62,912 bases of DNA, filler included, from Octopus bimaculoides (GCF_001194135.2; 4 parts of 4 records of this genome joined end to end with filler, not necessarily neighbours in it), one strand, 5' to 3'; shown: positions 14,491-29,074, counted from the first letter of the whole stretch. Numbers and translations are program-made. The notes: generated from the sequence alone by a model not told the origin.

Positions 14491-15762
14491 TAGCTAGGCC
14501 TACTTGTAAAAGCATAATACTGGGGGACGAATACCGACCGACGGGTGGGGGCGAATCGCGGAAGTTTTCAGAAACTGATGCCTCAACATCTCCGCCGTAA
14601 CCAGCAGCAGCAGCAGCACCACCACCACAGCAACAACAACAACAACAACAATAATTACCGCCACTCCCGTCATCAATGACATCATCTGCATTCCCACCGC
14701 CGCCGCCGCCACCACCACCATCACCACCACCACCACCACCANNNNNNNNNNNNNNNNNNNNNNNNNNNNNNNNNNNNNNNNNNNNNNNNNNNNNNNNNNN
14801 NNNNNNNNNNNNNNNNNNNNNNNNNNNNNNNNNNNNNNNNNNNNNNNNNNNNNNNNNNNNNNNNNNNNNNNNNNNNNNNNNNNNNNNNNNNNNNNNNNNN
14901 NNNNNNNNNNNNNNNNNNNNNNNNNNNNNNNNNNNNNNNNNNNNNNNNNNNNNNNNNNNNNNNNNNNNNNNNNNNNNNNNNNNNNNNNNNNNNNNNNNNN
15001 NNNNNNNNNNNNNNNNNNNNNNNNNNNNNNNNNNNNNNNNNNNNNNNNNNNNNNNNNNNNNNNNNNNNNNNNNNNNNNNNNNNNNNNNNNNNNNNNNNNN
15101 NNNNNNNNNNNNNNNNNNNNNNNNNNNNNNNNNNNNNNNNNNNNNNNNNNNNNNNNNNNNNNNNNNNNNNNNNNNNNNNNNNNNNNNNNNNNNNNNNNNN
15201 NNNNNNNNNNNNNNNNNNNNNNNNNNNNNNNNNNNNNNNNNNNNNNNNNNNNNNNNNNNNNNNNNNNNNNNNNNNNNNNNNNNNNNNNNNNNNNNNNNNN
15301 NNNNNNNNNNNNNNNNNNNNNNNNNNNNNNNNNNNNNNNNNNNNNNNNNNNNNNNNNNNNNNNNNNNNNNNNNNNNNNNNNNNNNNNNNNNNNNNNNNNN
15401 NNNNNNNNNNNNNNNNNNNNNNNNNNNNNNNNNNNNNNNNNNNNNNNNNNNNNNNNNNNNNNNNNNNNNNNNNNNNNNNNNNNNNNNNNNNNNNNNNNNN
15501 NNNNNNNNNNNNNNNNNNNNNNNNNNNNNNNNNNNNNNNNNNNNNNNNNNNNNNNNNNNNNNNNNNNNNNNNNNNNNNNNNNNNNNNNNNNNNNNNNNNN
15601 NNNNNNNNNNNNNNNNNNNNNNNNNNNNNNNNNNNNNNNNNNNNNNNNNCTCATCATCTTTCCTTTCTTTTGCAACGAACTTTCAGTCAAAAGATTCTTC
15701 GCCGTTTGTTTTCTTCTTTCTTTATCATCGTCATCAACATCTCTCTCTCTCTCTCCCTCTCT

Positions 15763-15804
<42 letters not shown>

Positions 15805-15914
15805 CTCCTCCGCCTGTTCCTCCCACCCCTTTTCATGTTCCAGACAGATTTGTCTTTTGATTGAAAACAAGAGAAAACAATTGAGTGAGCAGACAAACTA
15901 TTGAAAGCAAACCC

Positions 15915-16007
15915 AAACGTGACAGCAGCAACAACAACAGCAGCAGCAGCAATAATGGCACTACAATAAGCATATGTATCACCACCACCACCACCACCAC
16001 TCCACCC

Positions 16008-16042
<35 letters not shown>

Positions 16043-16110
16043 GCTGCAGCAGCCGTAGTAGTGGTAGCAGTAGCAGCAGCAGCAGCAGTAGCAGTAGTAG
16101 TAGTAGTAGC

Positions 16111-16142
<32 letters not shown>

Positions 16143-16572
16143 CAGCAGCATCAATGGTAACAACACTAACAGCATCAACAGCTATAGAAGCACCACCACC
16201 AGCAGCACTGGTAGCAGCAACACTGCCGTAACACTGGTAGCATCTGCAGCACCAGAAGCAGCAACAACTAAATTAGAAAAACCAGAAAGGGAAAAAGACA
16301 GAACAAAGAAAGACGAGCTAATGAGAAAAAAATGTCTGCAGGGACACAACTAAAGGAACTACAGGAACAATATCATACAGTGCTCCAGCATGACCGTCAT
16401 CAGTAGCAGTAGCAGTAGCAGCATCTGTTTAGTAGAATTAAGATGAGCAGAAGCTGTGCAGTAGAATGATTATCGACAACAGGTGCAGCAGAATTAGAAG
16501 TAATAACAGTGCAATAATGTGGATATCGTTAACATCATTATCGGCAACAGCAGCAGCAGCAGCAGCGCTGAA

Positions 16573-16608
<36 letters not shown>

Positions 16609-16630
16609 TGTAATAGCGATGACAGCAGCA
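15915..16630. repeat. Mosaic trinucleotide tract (CAG/CAC/CAT/TAG)
   Basis: Seen directly; source of the poly-S/A/L/H ORFs. Confidence 0.9.
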
Positions 16631-16996
16631 GTAGCGACGTCAGCAGCGATCACATCACTAAAGGCGGTAATATTATCGCCAACAGCAACGTAATACGAAT
16701 AACAACGAAAGTGCACCAGCGGTAACACTATTTTCCTTGATGTCCTAAATGCATCGAAGTGCTGCGGTGTATATGTTGAGCATTCGCAAGTTTCATAAAG
16801 GATGGATAACAACTGCAGTAGCGATAACAAAAGCATAAATAATGACACCGGTGACATCGTCAACACGCAACACAAACTGCACCGTATAAATATGCAACAA
16901 GTTGCAACAGATGCATAACTCTAACTGCAATGTTGTCATCATCATAGCCGTAGAAATGTAGAAATATTCAACGAGGTTTGATAACTGTTGCGTTAT

Positions 16997-17192
16997 CGGT
17001 AGAATCGTTAGCACACCGGGCGAAATGCTTCTGAGTTCAAATTCCGCCGAGGTCGATTTTGCCTTTCATCCTTTCGGGGTCGATTAAATAAGTACCAGTT
17101 ACGCACTAGAGTCGACGTAATCGACTTAAACCCTTTGTTTGTCCTTGCTTGTCCCTTCTATGTTTAGCCCCTTGTGGGCAATAAAGAAATAG
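16997..17192 (+). mobile_element. tRNA-derived SINE family A copy
   Basis: GAATCGTTAGCAC..GGGCGAAATGC..GAGTTCAAATTCCGCCGAGGTCGA..TTTCGGGGTCGAT..AAGTACCAG; Pol III A/B box-like head. Confidence 0.85.
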
Positions 17193-17212
17193 GTATCCTT
17201 ATTAGCATCGTA

Positions 17213-17535
17213 AAGGCGCGTGGTTTAGCGGTTAGGGTGTTCGGTTCACGATCCTAATATCATGAGTTCGATCCCCGGCAGCGCGTTCTGTCCTTGAGCA
17301 GGACGCATTATTTGATGTTGCTCCAGTCCACCCAGCTTGTAAAAGTGATTTGTACTTGTATTTTAAAGGGCCAGCCTTGTCACATTCCGTGTCACGCTGA
17401 GTCTCCCTGAGAACTTCGTTAAGGGTACATGTGTCTGTGGAGTGCTCAGCCACTTGCACATTAATTTCAGGAGCAGGCTGTTCGGTTGATCGTATCAACG
17501 AGAATGCTCATCGTTGTAACCGACGGAATACCAGT
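17213..17535 (+). mobile_element. SINE family B-related copy
   Basis: tRNA head GGCGCGTGGTTTAGCGGTTAGGGTGTTCGG..GAGTTCGATCCCCGG; shares its 3' body with family B. Confidence 0.8.
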
Positions 17536-19500
17536 TATTATTAGCAACAAAAGAATCCTAAAACAACACAACGTGGCCCAGCCGCTGCATCATCTAACAA
17601 CGGATAACCTATCGTCATAAACAGCATAGAATATGCAGAAAGGTGAAGGTGAAAAGCTGCCATCACTTACTGCCGTACGTGGCATAGAGATCAGGGTATT
17701 ACACTCGTGATCGTAACATTGTACTTTCGATTCCTGGACTGGGCTATACGCTGCGTTGTCGAGCAAAACATTTCAGTTACGTCGCTCCAGTCCGCTCTGT
17801 TCGCAAAAGTGAATAAGGAAGTAGCGTACCAGCGTCCCGTCCAGATACTAAGCGGGGAGAAGAGAGAATACTTACGCTACAGGATCAGAGAAACGAGTTC
17901 CATGAGGACTTTCGACCCTCTTTCTTGTTTTATTTTTAATGACTGCTGCCGTACAAGCTGGTGTTCATTCAATATTGCCAGCAACAGCAGCAAAAAGTGC
18001 TTTCCTCAGTAAACATAGAAATATATGGTGGCTTAGTGAGCCGCTGTTTACTATAGCAACCTATCAGCACCATTTGTCTTCTATCTATTACTTGCTTCTG
18101 TAGTTGGACTACGGCCATACTGGTGCATCGGGATTTAGGGTTTTAGTCAAGCACATCGACTCCAGAATATATTTTCAAGGGTTGTACTTATTCTATCGGC
18201 CTTTCTACCGAGCCCCTAAATTATTAGGAAGTAAACAAACTAATACCGGTTGCTAAGCGATGGCTGGGAACAAATACAGATTCAACGACACGCATAGGCA
18301 CACAACACTTAGACACATACATACATGCATGCATACATACATGCATACATACATGCATACATACATGCATACATACATACATACATGTGTGTGTGTGTAT
18401 TTTATTCTTTTATTCTTGTATTTGTTTCAGTCATTTGACTGCGGCCATGCTGGAGTACCGCCTTTAGTGGATCAGAACTCAAGACTCTGTGGTTGCAAAG
18501 TGAGCTAAGATTTAAACAAAACAACAAAAGACAAAAAAAAAACCCAAATAAAACTGGAACAGAAGCCCAACAACAACCATCGTAGAATAACGTCATGATT
18601 ACTGTCTGCAACAAAACATGTAGCCGAGAACAATGTTCGAATTTGTTATGTCTAGCAGGGCAAGTACCTGCAATGCGGCTCCATATAAGAATTTGGGTGT
18701 CCCGTACAAGCAAACTAGTATAATAGGTACCCAGAGTAGTTTATTAAGTATCCGTGGAAAAAAAAAAAAATTGGTTTCGATGTGTTTATTATAAGAAACA
18801 GGTAGGTTTCTTTCTCTATCGTTTTTCATAGTTCAACTTACATAATGCAATGTCTGAAAAACAAAATAGGGATTCTGAAAGAAGTATCAATAAAATTAGT
18901 TTTTAAAACATGGACTGGCTAAGGGAGTGGGGGTCCATCAGAATAAAATAGTAATGAAAAGAGTCCATAGATAACAATGGGTTGAGTAACACTCGTTCAG
19001 ATATTGCTGTTGTTGATAATGATGGTGATGGTGATGATGGCAATATTTTTTTTTAATGGGATCAAATTTATCCAGTGGAACACCATTTCAGCAACGTAAT
19101 ATATTTGCCGAAATAGCGGAATTATAACATCTTAAAATAGATATTAAATATCAGAAACTGTTACCCCAGATATACATAGGTAGAGAGGATGGTCATGGCT
19201 GGAATCAACTTAGTATTCTGAAGTGCTGATTCCATAATTTGAAGAATGGAAGAACTTACTGCTCAGGGTGCTTTTGAACGTGCGTTCGTGCATGCATGCA
19301 TGTATGCATGTAATTGTGTTCGTAGATATTAAGTATTGTCACGAACCTTCTGTATATATATATATATGTGCATGTATATTTGTATACATATATATGTATG
19401 CATATATATATATGTATGTATATATATGCATATATATGTGTGTGTGTATATATATATATATATATGTAGTTCTCCGCCCGCAAATATGTATATATATATA

Positions 19501-19599
<99 letters not shown>

Positions 19600-19610
19600 G
19601 TCCACCCGCA

Positions 19611-19649
<39 letters not shown>

Positions 19650-20398
19650 GAAGAAATGTGCTGGTGACAGTGTGAATGCTTGTTAAACGACGCAGGGTTG
19701 TCTCATAGAAATATGTTTTAGAAAATAAATCTTGCGATATCAGAACGTCACGGATGAAACGGCAATACTTCTATGTAGTGTTAAGTGTTCCCCCCCCCCA
19801 AAAAAAAATACACGCACAAATACAACGAAAGACTAGGGAAAAAAATCCACGGAACTGTATGTAACATAACCAACAGCAATGACAGCAATGACAATAACGA
19901 AGGAAGCATTAACAGTAATAAGCATAGAAATACGAAGTGATATTATTATTATCTCGCTTATTGATGTCACAGCTCTACACTACCATACACAACAACGACA
20001 TAAAAAACACATTTATGGAACTAAATGAGAATTTCATCACGTACACCATTAATGTCATAATAATTGGGGGAAACATTTTTATTACGACAACACAAGGTAT
20101 TTTCATATCCCGATAAGGCTGAACGTATCGAGAAGAAAGAAGGGATTATAACATGCGTAATAATAGCATGCATCCAGAAATAAGATACGAAAAACAGTAT
20201 AAGTATTACATAATAGAGGGAATTAGATAAGCTAGATATACGGGAGTTGGAAATAAAAGAGAAGGAGAAACGGAACGATGCACCATAACATACCAAAAAT
20301 ATACACACATCCTCAAGAACTTACGCGCATTAGCACATACACTACACACACACACACGCATTTATATACATGTACACGCACGCGCGCGCGTGTGTATT

Positions 20399-20441
<43 letters not shown>

Positions 20442-20468
20442 CTATATATATATATATATATATATGTA

Positions 20469-20507
<39 letters not shown>

Positions 20508-21068
20508 CTATATATATANNNNNNNNNNNNNNNNNNNNNNNNNNNNNNNNNNNNNNNNNNNNNNNNNNNNNNNNNNNNNNNNNNNNNNNNNNNNNNNNNN
20601 NNNNNNNNNNNNNNNNNNNNNNNNNNNNNNNNNNNNNNNNNNNNNNNNNNNNNNNNNNNNNNNNNNNNNNNNNNNNNNNNNNNNNNNNNNNNNNNNNNNN
20701 NNNNNNNNNNNNNNNNNNNNNNNNNNNNNNNNNNNNNNNNNNNNNNNNNNNNNNNNNNNNNNNNNNNNNNNNNNNNNNNNNNNNNNNNNNNNNNNNNNNN
20801 NNNNNNNNNNNNNNNNNNNNNNNNNNNNNNNNNNNNNNNNNNNNNNNNNNNNNNNNNNNNNNNNNNNNNNNNNNNNAGAGAGAGAGAGAGAGAGAGAGAG
20901 ATAGATAAATATAAGTAAATGAATATAAACAACCATGCGCTATGTGTTATTATAAAGGAAAATATAATTATCACTAAATGCATTTACTGACAATTATATA
21001 TATGCGTGTGCGTGTGTGTGTCCGTGTTTGTGTGTGTATGTGTATGTGTCTGTCTGTCTGTCCGTCCG

Positions 21069-21100
<32 letters not shown>

Positions 21101-22128
21101 CGTACGTACGTACGTACGTACGTACCTACCTATCTACCTAATCACCTCTTTTCTCTCGGTCCCTTTTGATCGAACTCCCCCCTTTTTTTCCTTCCTACGA
21201 TCCCTTTTGATCGACACCCACCCCTACTTTTTTTTTCTTCCTTCCCCCTCCCAAAAAGAAAAGCTCTACATTGTATTCGTCCCATCTTGTTGAGCCCTGT
21301 GTGGCTAATAAAAGAAATGTATCTATCTACTGTCTGTATGTCCGTCTGTCCGTCTGTCTGACCAATTGACTGTCTGTCTGTCTGTCTGTCTGTCTCTATC
21401 TATTAACGTCAAAGAATCCATGTCACGAAAAAATAGGCACTCGTATAAATGTCAACGGAGTGAATATATTAATCGAAGTATATAATATTACAGATCCATT
21501 ACAGCTGATCTTATCATTAGGTTTCGCACCGGATATTAGGTAATTGGACTATTATATAATAACTACGCTCCTCAGAGATGGCAAAGACATAGAGATACAG
21601 GAGAGTGAGGAACCGAAAGAAGAAAGTACTTAATTGTCTTTTAACTGTTTTCTTTGACATATAATTCCACTACAGTTACAGATATTCGTATCTATTAACC
21701 AATTAAAGATTTTTTAAAGATTCTCTTTAACTTAGATGTGTACATTTCGAGATATAGAAGAAACTTTAAATGGTGTGGAGTTTGGAAAACCACTTAATTA
21801 CTGTAACATCAATCGAACGTGTTCAGTGATACTTCCGCTTGTTCACCTACTCGTCTTTGTGTGTGTGCGTGTGTTTGTATGTGTGTGTATGTGTGCGTGT
21901 ATGTGTATGTGTGCGTGTGTATGTGCATATGTGTGTGTATGTATGTGTGTACATATGTGTGTATGTGTATGTGTATGTGTACGTGTGTGCATATAAGCGT
22001 GTATGTGTGTGCGTGTGTGTGTGCAAATGTGTGTGTATATGTGTGGGTGCATATGTGTGCGTGTGTGCGTGTGTGATTATACGGATATATATATAATGTA
22101 TATTTATATATATATATATATGTATATA

Positions 22129-22176
<48 letters not shown>

Positions 22177-22223
22177 NNNNNNNNNNNNNNNNNNNNNNNN
22201 NNNNNNNNNNNNNNNNNNNNNNN

Positions 22224-22260
<37 letters not shown>

Positions 22261-22679
22261 GAGAGAGAGAGGAAGAGAGAGAGGTAGAGAGAGAGAGAAA
22301 CAACTTGTTTTAAATCTCCGAGTGAGAGATACACACTTACAGTGCCAAACAGTAATGTTTATTTGCCAACAGAATGTGGCAGTCCTACAAAGGAGGATGT
22401 TACCGTTGTTATAACCCCAGGAAAATATTTTTTCCAGCTGGCTCTCGACACAGAGATTGCGTCCGTATAGTATTCGCAAGAAAGGTGATCGCTCCCATCT
22501 CTAGCTTCACGTGATGCTATCAGTCCCAGGTTTCCAGGTGGTTGCCTGTACTCAGTGTCAGATTATCACAGGCTAGTGACAAGAGCTTTCTCCACTATAT
22601 ATATATATAATTTATTTTTTATTTTATTATGCGCCCTTTTTAAAACCTAGCCAAGCTTATGGGCCCGGTTTCCCCCTGT

Positions 22680-22925
22680 GATTCTCCCTAGCTGGACGGG
22701 ACGCCAGTCCAGCGCAGCGTTTTCCAAGAAACAGGAAGAAAGAGTGAGAGAATGTTGGGGCGAAAGAGTACAACAGAGGGCCGCCACCACCCCCTGCCGG
22801 AGCCTCGTGGAGCTTTAGGTGTTTTCGCTCAATAAACACCCAAAGCGTCCAGCGTGGGAATTGAAACTGCGATCCTCTGACCGCGAGTCCGCAGCCCTAA
22901 CCCCTGAGCCAAGTGCATGAGACGC
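22680..22925 (-). mobile_element. SINE family B 5' half
   Basis: GGAGCCTCGTGGAGCTTTAGGTGTTTTCGCTCAATAAACAC is shared with the 35262 copy. Confidence 0.8.
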
Positions 22926-22934
22926 ACACAAGTG

Positions 22935-23512
22935 TTTGTAGTGTATAAGACGTTTCCAAGATGGCCGAAAATATGTCGATATTGACGAACGTTTTGGGAG
23001 ACCTGCAACCAGCAGCGCTGAGGAAAACATCGCTGATGAGCATGCAGCTGTGAGAGGAAATCCCCGAATCACTATCTGTGAGTTATCAGAGGATGTGCAG
23101 GTTAGTTACGGTTCAGTTCAGTCCATCATCATTGAAGATTTGGGTATACGACGTTTGTGCCAAAACTGCTTTCAGCTGACCAAAAGGACACTTGGGTTTC
23201 AGTTGCACAAGATCTCCTTGATTGTCTCAAGAACGATGAAAACTTTTAAAAATCTTTGCGTAGGCATCTGAGTGAGTATCGCCAAACTTTTGGCAAAATT
23301 TGATGCAGATTCTCTGCTCAGCTTTCTGTCATGGTCAATGCCACGATCACACGCTACACACCTTCCTTCAAAATAATGCTATAAACAGCTTAAGTAAGCT
23401 AGAACAGTAAAAAGTAGCAAATTTTAAGGCCAATCTGTATCAAGAGGCTTCACTGTGTGTGCTTTAGCTTCGTTACTATGGCAACAGTCCTGATACTTAT
23501 TGATCAGAAAAC
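22935..23512 (+). mobile_element. Mariner transposase remnant (HTH region plus 3' end), internally deleted
   Basis: RFQDGRKYVDIDERFGRPATSSAEENI...NPRITICELSEDVQVSYGSVQSIIIEDLGIRRLC follows the mariner DDxRSGRP...LGMRR pattern. The 3' end CTTATTGATCAG resembles a mariner TIR. Confidence 0.88.
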
Positions 23513-23556
23513 GCAGTAATATATATATACACACGCACACACATATAATACTATAT

Positions 23557-23608
<52 letters not shown>

Positions 23609-24925
23609 ATATCTGTATACACAGACACACACACATATGTGCATACACACTTACATTAATATGTGTGCATGCAGTGGGGCTGTTTAGTGTATATTTGTAT
23701 ATGTCTATGTGTGCGTTTATTTCACTTTCGCAAGGAAATGGTTGACAGAGAGTTTAACGGTTCAGCTTGCATGCTTTTGTCAGACTGTCGAGCAAGCCGA
23801 AACTTCGAATTCACTCTCAATGTTTCCCTTGTAAAATGTTTTGGATACTTGAAAGTGCTGTATGGTCCTTACGCATTTGGCGATATATTCAGAGGCTTAC
23901 AAGTGTGAATAATATCTTCTGTTATTCTCTATATTTACGTAATATAGATATGCTGGGCCACAACTGATGTGGGACCTACAATTACAACATAGAGATATAC
24001 TGCACCATTACAACGAGGGGGCTTATGAGTGTTCTACCCTCCTACTTGCAGCAGTGAGTATATCATACTCAATATCTCCCTATATATTGGAATAGTAAGG
24101 GCTCATTTAAAGATAGAGTTGTAGTCATACGATCGTGAATGCATTAACTTCGACAAATGTTCAGAATATTACTGGAGATAAGCAAACACATGACAACAAC
24201 ATTAATACCAACAGAACCAGAAGTAGAGAAGCAGTTATTACAAGCAACAGTAAAAACAACATTAATGATATATTTATCAACAACAGATAAAAAATGTAAC
24301 ATCAATAAAAAAAAAAACAGCAACAATAACATTTCCAGCAAAGAAAAATATATCAGCCAAAAAACGAAAGACAAAAACAAATTGACAGCATATCAGCAAC
24401 AGAAGTAAATTTAGTATAGCACAAACGACAACGACTGCAACAACGATGAAGCTGACGACGGCAATAACAGCGAAATGAAAAAAGGAAAACAAGCAAGCAA
24501 AAGACTGATGAGGATTGGTAAAAAGCCAGTAATTATGTCAAGAAAGAAAGGAAGGAAGAAAGAAAGAAAGGAAGAAAGGAAGATAAAAGGAAAACAAAAA
24601 CATGTTAATAAACAAATATATAAATATACAGAATGAAATAAAACGAAGAAAAAACATTAAAAGAAATAAAACCGAGAAAAATAGAGTGAGAAGAAATAAA
24701 AGAAAAAAAATGAACCAAACATAAATAAAAGAACAGTTAGAAAAAGTCAATGAAAAATTTCACAAAAAAAAACGTAAAGGAAAGAAAATAAACAAAATCT
24801 GAATTAAATGTTAAAAACATACACGTGCGAAAATAACAGCAGTAATTTAAACAAATATAAGCGAAAAGAAATAGTAACGACACGCACACATTATCTACAT
24901 GTGCGTGGTGTATGTTTGTATTATG

Positions 24926-24969
<44 letters not shown>

Positions 24970-25427
24970 NNNNNNNNNNNNNNNNNNNNNNNNNNNNNNN
25001 NNNNNNNNNNNNNNNNNNNNNNNNNNNNNNNNNNNNNNNNNNNNNNNNNNNNNNNNNNNNNNNNNNNNNNNNNNNNNNNNNNNNNNNNNNNNNNNNNNNN
25101 NNNNNNNNNNNNNNNNNNNNNNNNNNNNNNNNNNNNNNNNNNNNNNNNNNNNNNNNNNNNNNNNNNNNNNNNNNNNNNNNNNNNNNNNNNNNNNNNNNNN
25201 NNNNNNNNNNNNNNNNNNNNNNNNNNNNNNNNNNNNNNNNNNNNNNNNNNNNNNNNNNNNNNNNNNNNNNNNNNNNNNNNNNNNNNNNNNNNNNNNNNNN
25301 NNNNNNNNNNNNNNNNNNNNNNNNNNNNNNNNNNNNNNNNNNNNNNNNNNNNNNNNNNNNNNNNNNNNNNNNNNNNNNNNNNNNNNNNNNNNNNNNNNNN
25401 NNNNNNGTATGTAGGTATGTATGTAGG

Positions 25428-25477
<50 letters not shown>

Positions 25478-25975
25478 ATCGCTTATAATGTGGGGAAGTG
25501 AAAGCTATGTTAGCGAGCAGCTATTGTCAGATTCCCAAAGCGTGAACCCCACGAGGTTTGTCAGAGCGCCATATTGGAATAAAATGCAAACCTTAAAGTG
25601 AAAAGTGTTAACGGAAGGAAACATATAATTTCATTTGGTCGACTGTGACCAAATGCTGGCAAACAGTTTGTCCCAGTGAAAATCGTTGTCAGTCGTTCGG
25701 CCATCATGCTTGAATAAAATTTGAAAGAGGAAGGCTACGAAATCATGTTTGTCTTTGTGCATTGTCACAAATATTAGACATTACAGGCTCAGGAAAGGCT
25801 CTGTGGTTGAGAAGTTTGCTTCCCAAGCATGTGATCTCGGGATCAATCTTAATGCGTGTAGCAACTTAGGCACGTGTCTTCTACTATGAATCCAAGCCGA
25901 ATAAAGTCTTGCGAGCTTATTTTGTAGATGCAAACTGAAAGTTGCTGTTCTGTGTGCGTGTGTGTGCGTGTGCGT

Positions 25976-26021
<46 letters not shown>

Positions 26022-26904
26022 CAGTGCATATATATGTTTATGTATGTGTTTTTGTGTTTGCGGCTGTCCTTCCTCTACATATTGGCAACCGATGTTAATT
26101 TCTTTCCGTCACTGTAATTTAACGCTTCGGCAAAAGGAAGATTTCGAATAATTACCAGTCTTTAAAAAATGAGAATTAAGTACTGGGGATCGATGCTGGG
26201 ACACCGTTAAACATGGTGCTCCAGCATGGCCCTAGTTCAATGATTAACACATACATGTAAAAAGTAAGAGATTAAAATTAAATCTGAAGCTTTGTATATT
26301 TATGAGGAGGACAAATTCATTTGGAGGGATGAAGCATGAAAAGGAACTAACCAACAGACAAAATATTGAATGCCGAAACAAATTTAACGCAAATTTTAAG
26401 CCAACAATGTTATCATAAAAACCATTGTTTAAAAGATAGAGGGAAATTGGACCGGAAGTTGGGCCATGTTGTTATCGTTAGTTCTTCTGCGGTACTTTGG
26501 GTTCTGAAGAAATAACACGCTACCAAGAATACTTTGTTTACTTTAATCTTAAGTACACTATGCATGTAAAGACGCGTAGACGAGTGGTCATTAGGGTGCT
26601 GCAGTCACGATTGCAAGACCGTGCTTTCGATTATTCGATTGGGCATTGTGCTTTTGTGCAAAACCCCTCATGTTACATTGCTCCAGTACACCCAGCTGTA
26701 AATGAGTCACCTTGCCCTGAACTGGGTTTCTGGTGAGAAGAAATGTAGTGACCTCGGTAATTTATAAGCCATGGAAACCCGGTAACCAACCCTATGGATC
26801 CTCTCACTCCAGACAGTAATGACGTGGTGGCTTACATTACATCCTGCCTCACTAAAGATGAAATCAGAATTTTGACCATAATCTCATTTTTGATCATAAA
26901 TAAA

Positions 26905-27200
26905 CGCAGGTGGCAGGGTTGTATGGTAAGAAGTTTGCCTCGTAACCACATGTTTCCGGGTTCAATCCCACTGTGTAGAACTTTGGGCAAGTGTCTTCTA
27001 CTATAACCTAGGACTGACTAAAGCCTTGTGAGTTGATTTGATAGACGGAAACTGAAAGAAGCCCATCATGTAGATATAAATGTATGTCTTTGTGTTTGTG
27101 TTTGTCCCTAATCACCACTTGACAGCTGGTGATGGTTTGTTTACGTCTCCGTACTAATAGCGGTTCAACAAAAGAGACTGATAGAATATGTACCAAGTTT
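26905..27200 (+). mobile_element. SINE family C copy
   Basis: GTGGTAAGAAGTTTGC-like head, TTGGGCAAGTGTCTTCTACTATA, GACGGAAACTGAAAGAAGCCC. Confidence 0.8.
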
Positions 27201-27204
27201 AAGG

Positions 27205-27505
27205 CAACGAGCTGGCAGAATCGTTAACACGCCGGGCGAAATGCTTAGTGGTATTTCGTCTGTCTTTACGTTCTGAGTTCAAATTCCGCCGAGGTCGACT
27301 TTACCTTTCATCCTTTCGGGGTCGATAAATTAAGTACCAGTTGCATACTAGGGTTGATCTAATCGACTGGCTCCTTCTCCCCAAAAGAAAAGAATATGTA
27401 ACAGGTTAAACAGAAAAAGTAAGTCCGGGGGTTGATTCATTCGACTAAAATTTCTTCAAGGTGGTGCCCCGGCTTGGCCGTCCGTAGTCTAATGATTTAA
27501 ACAAG
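27205..27505 (+). mobile_element. SINE family A copy (near full length)
   Basis: Same consensus as 16997. Confidence 0.85.
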
Positions 27506-28767
27506 TAAAAGATAAAAAGAAGTGTTCCNNNNNNNNNNNNNNNNNNNNNNNNNNNNNNNNNNNNNNNNNNNNNNNNNNNNNNNNNNNNNNNNNNNNNNNN
27601 NNNNNNNNNNNNNNNNNNNNNNNNNNNNNNNNGTTGTGAGGCCTAAAACAACAATAGACATTATTTTTGTGCTAAAACGTTTAGTTCGAATGATCTAGAA
27701 AACAAAACAAGATGTGTATATAGGTTTCGAAACTGGCAAGAGGATCGATTTTCAAAATTCTACAGAGTATCATGAATAAATCAGTAAAAGCATTTATGTG
27801 TTCAACCAATAGTAAATTCTTCGACAGCTGGCTAATTCTAAACAGATTGTTTGCAATACGATTTCACAGTCGCCTCAGCGGTGTCTTTCAGCTTTTGAAA
27901 TTTAAAAGACGAAAAAAGAAAAAAAAAATGAAAGATATAAAAGAATGAAAAATAAATAGAAATAAAGATAAAAAATTAAAATATAAAATAATATGAAATA
28001 AAATATAAAATAATGATAAATCTCAAAGAAAATAGGTCTGGAAAATAAAATTCACAAATACCTTCAAATCATTAAACGTCAAAATGAAAGTAAAATGAAA
28101 AAAAAACTACAAAAACAAAACTGAAATACACAATAGAAAAGATGATACACTTAGAATCTGCTTTGCTATTAGCATATCAATGATTGTAACCGGTTTCTAC
28201 AGCTAAAGTTGTCTTTTAAATCATTCTTTATTTGATTGCTATGAGGAGATATTTGGAGAGCCAGTGTAATTGTCTGAGTAGTGATAACAACAAGAAAAAA
28301 AAAGAAAAAAAAAGAAAAACAACACTAAGATGTATTCAGAATCTAAGCTAAGCCAATATGTTCAGATAGATCTATGAAAATAAACAACCTGAAGCAGAAA
28401 ATAAAGTGAGATGATATTTAGTTACCATTTGCTGTCGCATCTAAAATGTCCAAATTGCATTCTTAACAGGATAATATGGCTAGAATCGGAAAAAAGAAAA
28501 AAAAAAAACAGAACAGAAAGATAACAACTTCTAAACGTCAAAGTCTAAGAAACATAAATAAGATAAACCATATGAAGTTAGGTCGCTGATTTTTAGTCTT
28601 AGAAATTTGTCTCGGTCGATTTAATAGTATTAATGCCAGCCGTTTGATTTAGCGGTCGTCAGAGGCCTGTGTCTTTTAGTACACTGCTCTCTGAGTTCAA
28701 ATTCTATCGAGGTCAACTTCATTTTGTTTTTTCGTCTTTCAGGTGCCAATAAATGAAGTACTAAGGA

Positions 28768-28980
28768 TGGCGAGCTGGCAGAATCGTTAGCACTCCGGAC
28801 AAAATGCTTAGCGGCATTTCGTCCGCCTTTATGTTCTGAGTTTAAATTCTGCCGAGGTGAACTTTGCTTCTCATCCTTTCGGGATCGATAAAATAAGTAC
28901 CAGTTGAACACTGAGGTCGATGTGATCGACTAACTCCCTCTCTCGAAATTGCCGGCCTTGCGTCAAAATTTGAAACCGAT
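28768..28980 (+). mobile_element. SINE family A copy
   Basis: GGCGAGCTGGCAGAATCGTTAGCAC... through ...GCCTTGCGTCAAAATTTGAAACC. Confidence 0.85.
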
Positions 28981-29074
28981 GAATGAAGTAGCAATAAAAC
29001 ACTGAGGCGATTCTGCTGCTTCTTTTCTTTCTTTGTGTTTCTCAGTTGTCAGTCTATCAATCTGTCTGTCTGTC

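Noticed and set aside
15687-16875. Poly-L/M/S/A/H ORFs that look like low-complexity proteins
   Set aside because: They come from mosaic trinucleotide tracts that are open in several frames and have no consistent splice sites.
3615-25488. Long ORFs of YI/CV/TH/RE repeats, or spanning X runs
   Set aside because: They are translations of (TA)n, (TG)n, (CA)n and (GA)n microsatellites and N gaps, with no coding signal.
28190-28290. Possible further C2CD3 exon on the minus strand
   Set aside because: The donor is weak, there is no similarity to the downstream C2CD3 region as recalled, and it lies beyond the synthetic spacer.
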